Shown one piece after another: positions 33,175 through 34,766 of a stretch of DNA of 34,766 nt (positions within the stretch are counted from its first letter, which is position 1; every line of letters starts with the position of its first letter). This DNA comes from Chiloscyllium plagiosum (lineage: Eukaryota). Below the pieces are notes generated by a model. That model did not search any database. It had not been told where the DNA came from and saw only the letters and a list, made by a program, of their open reading frames with translations. Both the position numbers and the translations under genes were made by a program. The stretch lies in assembly GCF_004010195.1 (NCBI RefSeq), contig NC_057719.1, positions 320,921 to 355,686 on the forward strand, given 5' to 3'.

Positions 33175-33500
33175 ATTCCAATCACAGGACGTGGCTGTCC
33201 AGCATTTACTGCCCTTCCCTCGTTGACCCTTGAGAAGGTGGGGGGTGAGCTGCCTTCTTGAACCGCTGCCGTCCACCTGCTCTGGGTTGACCCAAAATAC
33301 CTTGAGGGACGGAATTCCAGGATTTTGACCCAGTAACAGTGAAGGAATGGCGATATATTTCCAAGTCAAGATGGTGAGTGACTCGGAGGGGAACTTGCAG
33401 GGGGTGGTGTTCCCATGCATCTGCTGCCCTTGCCGTGTCGGTGGTGGAGGGAGGGGATACTTATGGATGTGGTGCCAATCAAGCAGCTGCTTTGTCCCGA
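33175..33500 (-). mobile_element. LINE 3' fragment (second family)
   Basis: Reverse-complement homolog of about 4600-4820 and of the 18990-19105 tail. Confidence 0.65.
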
Positions 33501-33531
33501 ATGGGGTTGAACTTCAAGTATTGCTAGATCA

Positions 33532-33655
33532 GAAGAAGGGCTTATGCCCGAAATGTCGATTCTCCTGTTCCTTTGATGCTGCCTGACCTGCTGCGCTTTT
33601 CCAGCAATACATTTTTAAGCTCTGATCTCCAGCATCTGCAGTCCTCACTTTCTCC
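33532..33655 (+). mobile_element. Solo Penelope pLTR-like insertion
   Basis: Closely similar to 7943-8066; flanked by an 11-bp direct repeat ctagatcagaa (33524-34, 33655-65). Confidence 0.75.
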
Positions 33656-33669
33656 TAGATCAGAAATAC

Positions 33670-34040
33670 TGCCTTGTATTTACATAGCATTTTTCTCAAC
33701 CACTTTCTCAAAGCTCTTCATAACCAATTAGATATTTTTCAAAGTGCCTCTACCATTCACATGTAGCAAAGTCAGCAGCAAATTTATGCACAGCAAGATC
33801 CACAGACAGCACACTGATAATGATCAGATCACCTGTTTCTGTAACATAGCTTGGTATCTAAATACTGCCAGGGGCCCTCTGATAACAATATTGTAATGCC
33901 TTGAAAAATCCCACATGACCTTTCACATCCACCTCCGTGTAAAGCTCAGGCCTCAGTTTCACATTGAATGGATTTGAATTATTGTCATGTACGGAGGCAC
34001 AGCGATCTGAAAAACAGCATCTCCAACAATGCAGCACCCT
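33670..34040 (-). mobile_element. Degenerate Deu-domain-like SINE
   Basis: gcaaatttatgcacagcaagatccacagacagc...tttcacatccacct resembles recalled AmnSINE/SacSINE core sequence. Confidence 0.55.
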
Positions 34041-34049
34041 CTATGGGTG

Positions 34050-34766
34050 GGTTATATCTTGATGGTGATGGCAGTTGTCTGGCATTTGTGTGGCATCAAA
34101 GTAATTTGCCGCCTGTCAGCTCAAGCCTGACTATTGTCCAGATCTTGTTGCATTTGGACCTGGACAGGACAATTTTCCACATTGTCAGGTAGATGCCAGT
34201 GTTGTAACTGTACTGGAAGAGTTTGGCTTGGCAGGGTGGCAGGTTCTGGAGCACATGTCTTTGGTACTATTGCTGGGACCCAAAGCCTTTACAGTATCCA
34301 GTGCCACCATCTTGTTTCTTGATATCACACAGAATGAATCAAGTTGGCTGAAGAGTGGTATCTGTGTTGCTGGGGAAAACTGGAGGAGACTGAGATGGAT
34401 CATCCACTCAGCATTTCTGGCTGGAGATTGCGAGGAATGCTTCAGTCTTACCTTTGCACTGATGGACTGGGCTCTTCCATCATGGAGGATGGGGATATTG
34501 GTGGACCCTCCTACTCAAGTGAGTTGCTTAATTCTCCATCAAGATGTGGCTAAGATCTGACCTGTTGGTTGCGGAATCGCTTAGCTCTATCACTTGCTGC
34601 TTATGCTGTTTGGCAAGTAGTCCTGTTTGGTGGCTTCACCAGGTTAGAACATAGAACATAGAAGAATACAGCGCAGTACAGGCCCTTCGGCCCTCGATGT
34701 TGCGCCGATCCAAGCCCACCTAACCTACACTAGCCCACTATCCTCCATATGCCTATCCAATGCCCG
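34050..34766 (-). mobile_element. LINE ORF2 fragment (to about 34642), followed by the 3' tail of another CR1-type LINE
   Basis: LDTVKALGPSN segment; short tandem tail tagaacatagaacatagaa at about 34645. Confidence 0.7.

Overview
Repeat-dense vertebrate genomic DNA. The repeat families suggest a cartilaginous fish, probably a shark (inference). The ORF track misses both real genes because they are spliced. (1) The last two coding exons of GSTZ1 (maleylacetoacetate isomerase) lie on + (5216-5265, 6684-6804). (2) Nine coding exons of a convergent, poorly characterised six-blade Kelch beta-propeller gene lie on - (33144 to 13687). They splice in frame through GT-AG introns into 1257 nt, giving 418 aa plus stop. 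The 5' end is outside the window, and the protein resembles the fish zgc:163014 / RABEPK-like family. The rest is nested mobile DNA: CR1-type LINE fragments, tRNA-derived SINEs, Penelope-like remnants carrying minimal hammerhead-ribozyme cores, a deleted Gypsy element with probable Gmr1-type domain order, a Tigger-like MITE, and a 69-bp minisatellite. No CRISPR array or prokaryotic system is present. Repeat boundaries are approximate and family names come from recall, not a database search.
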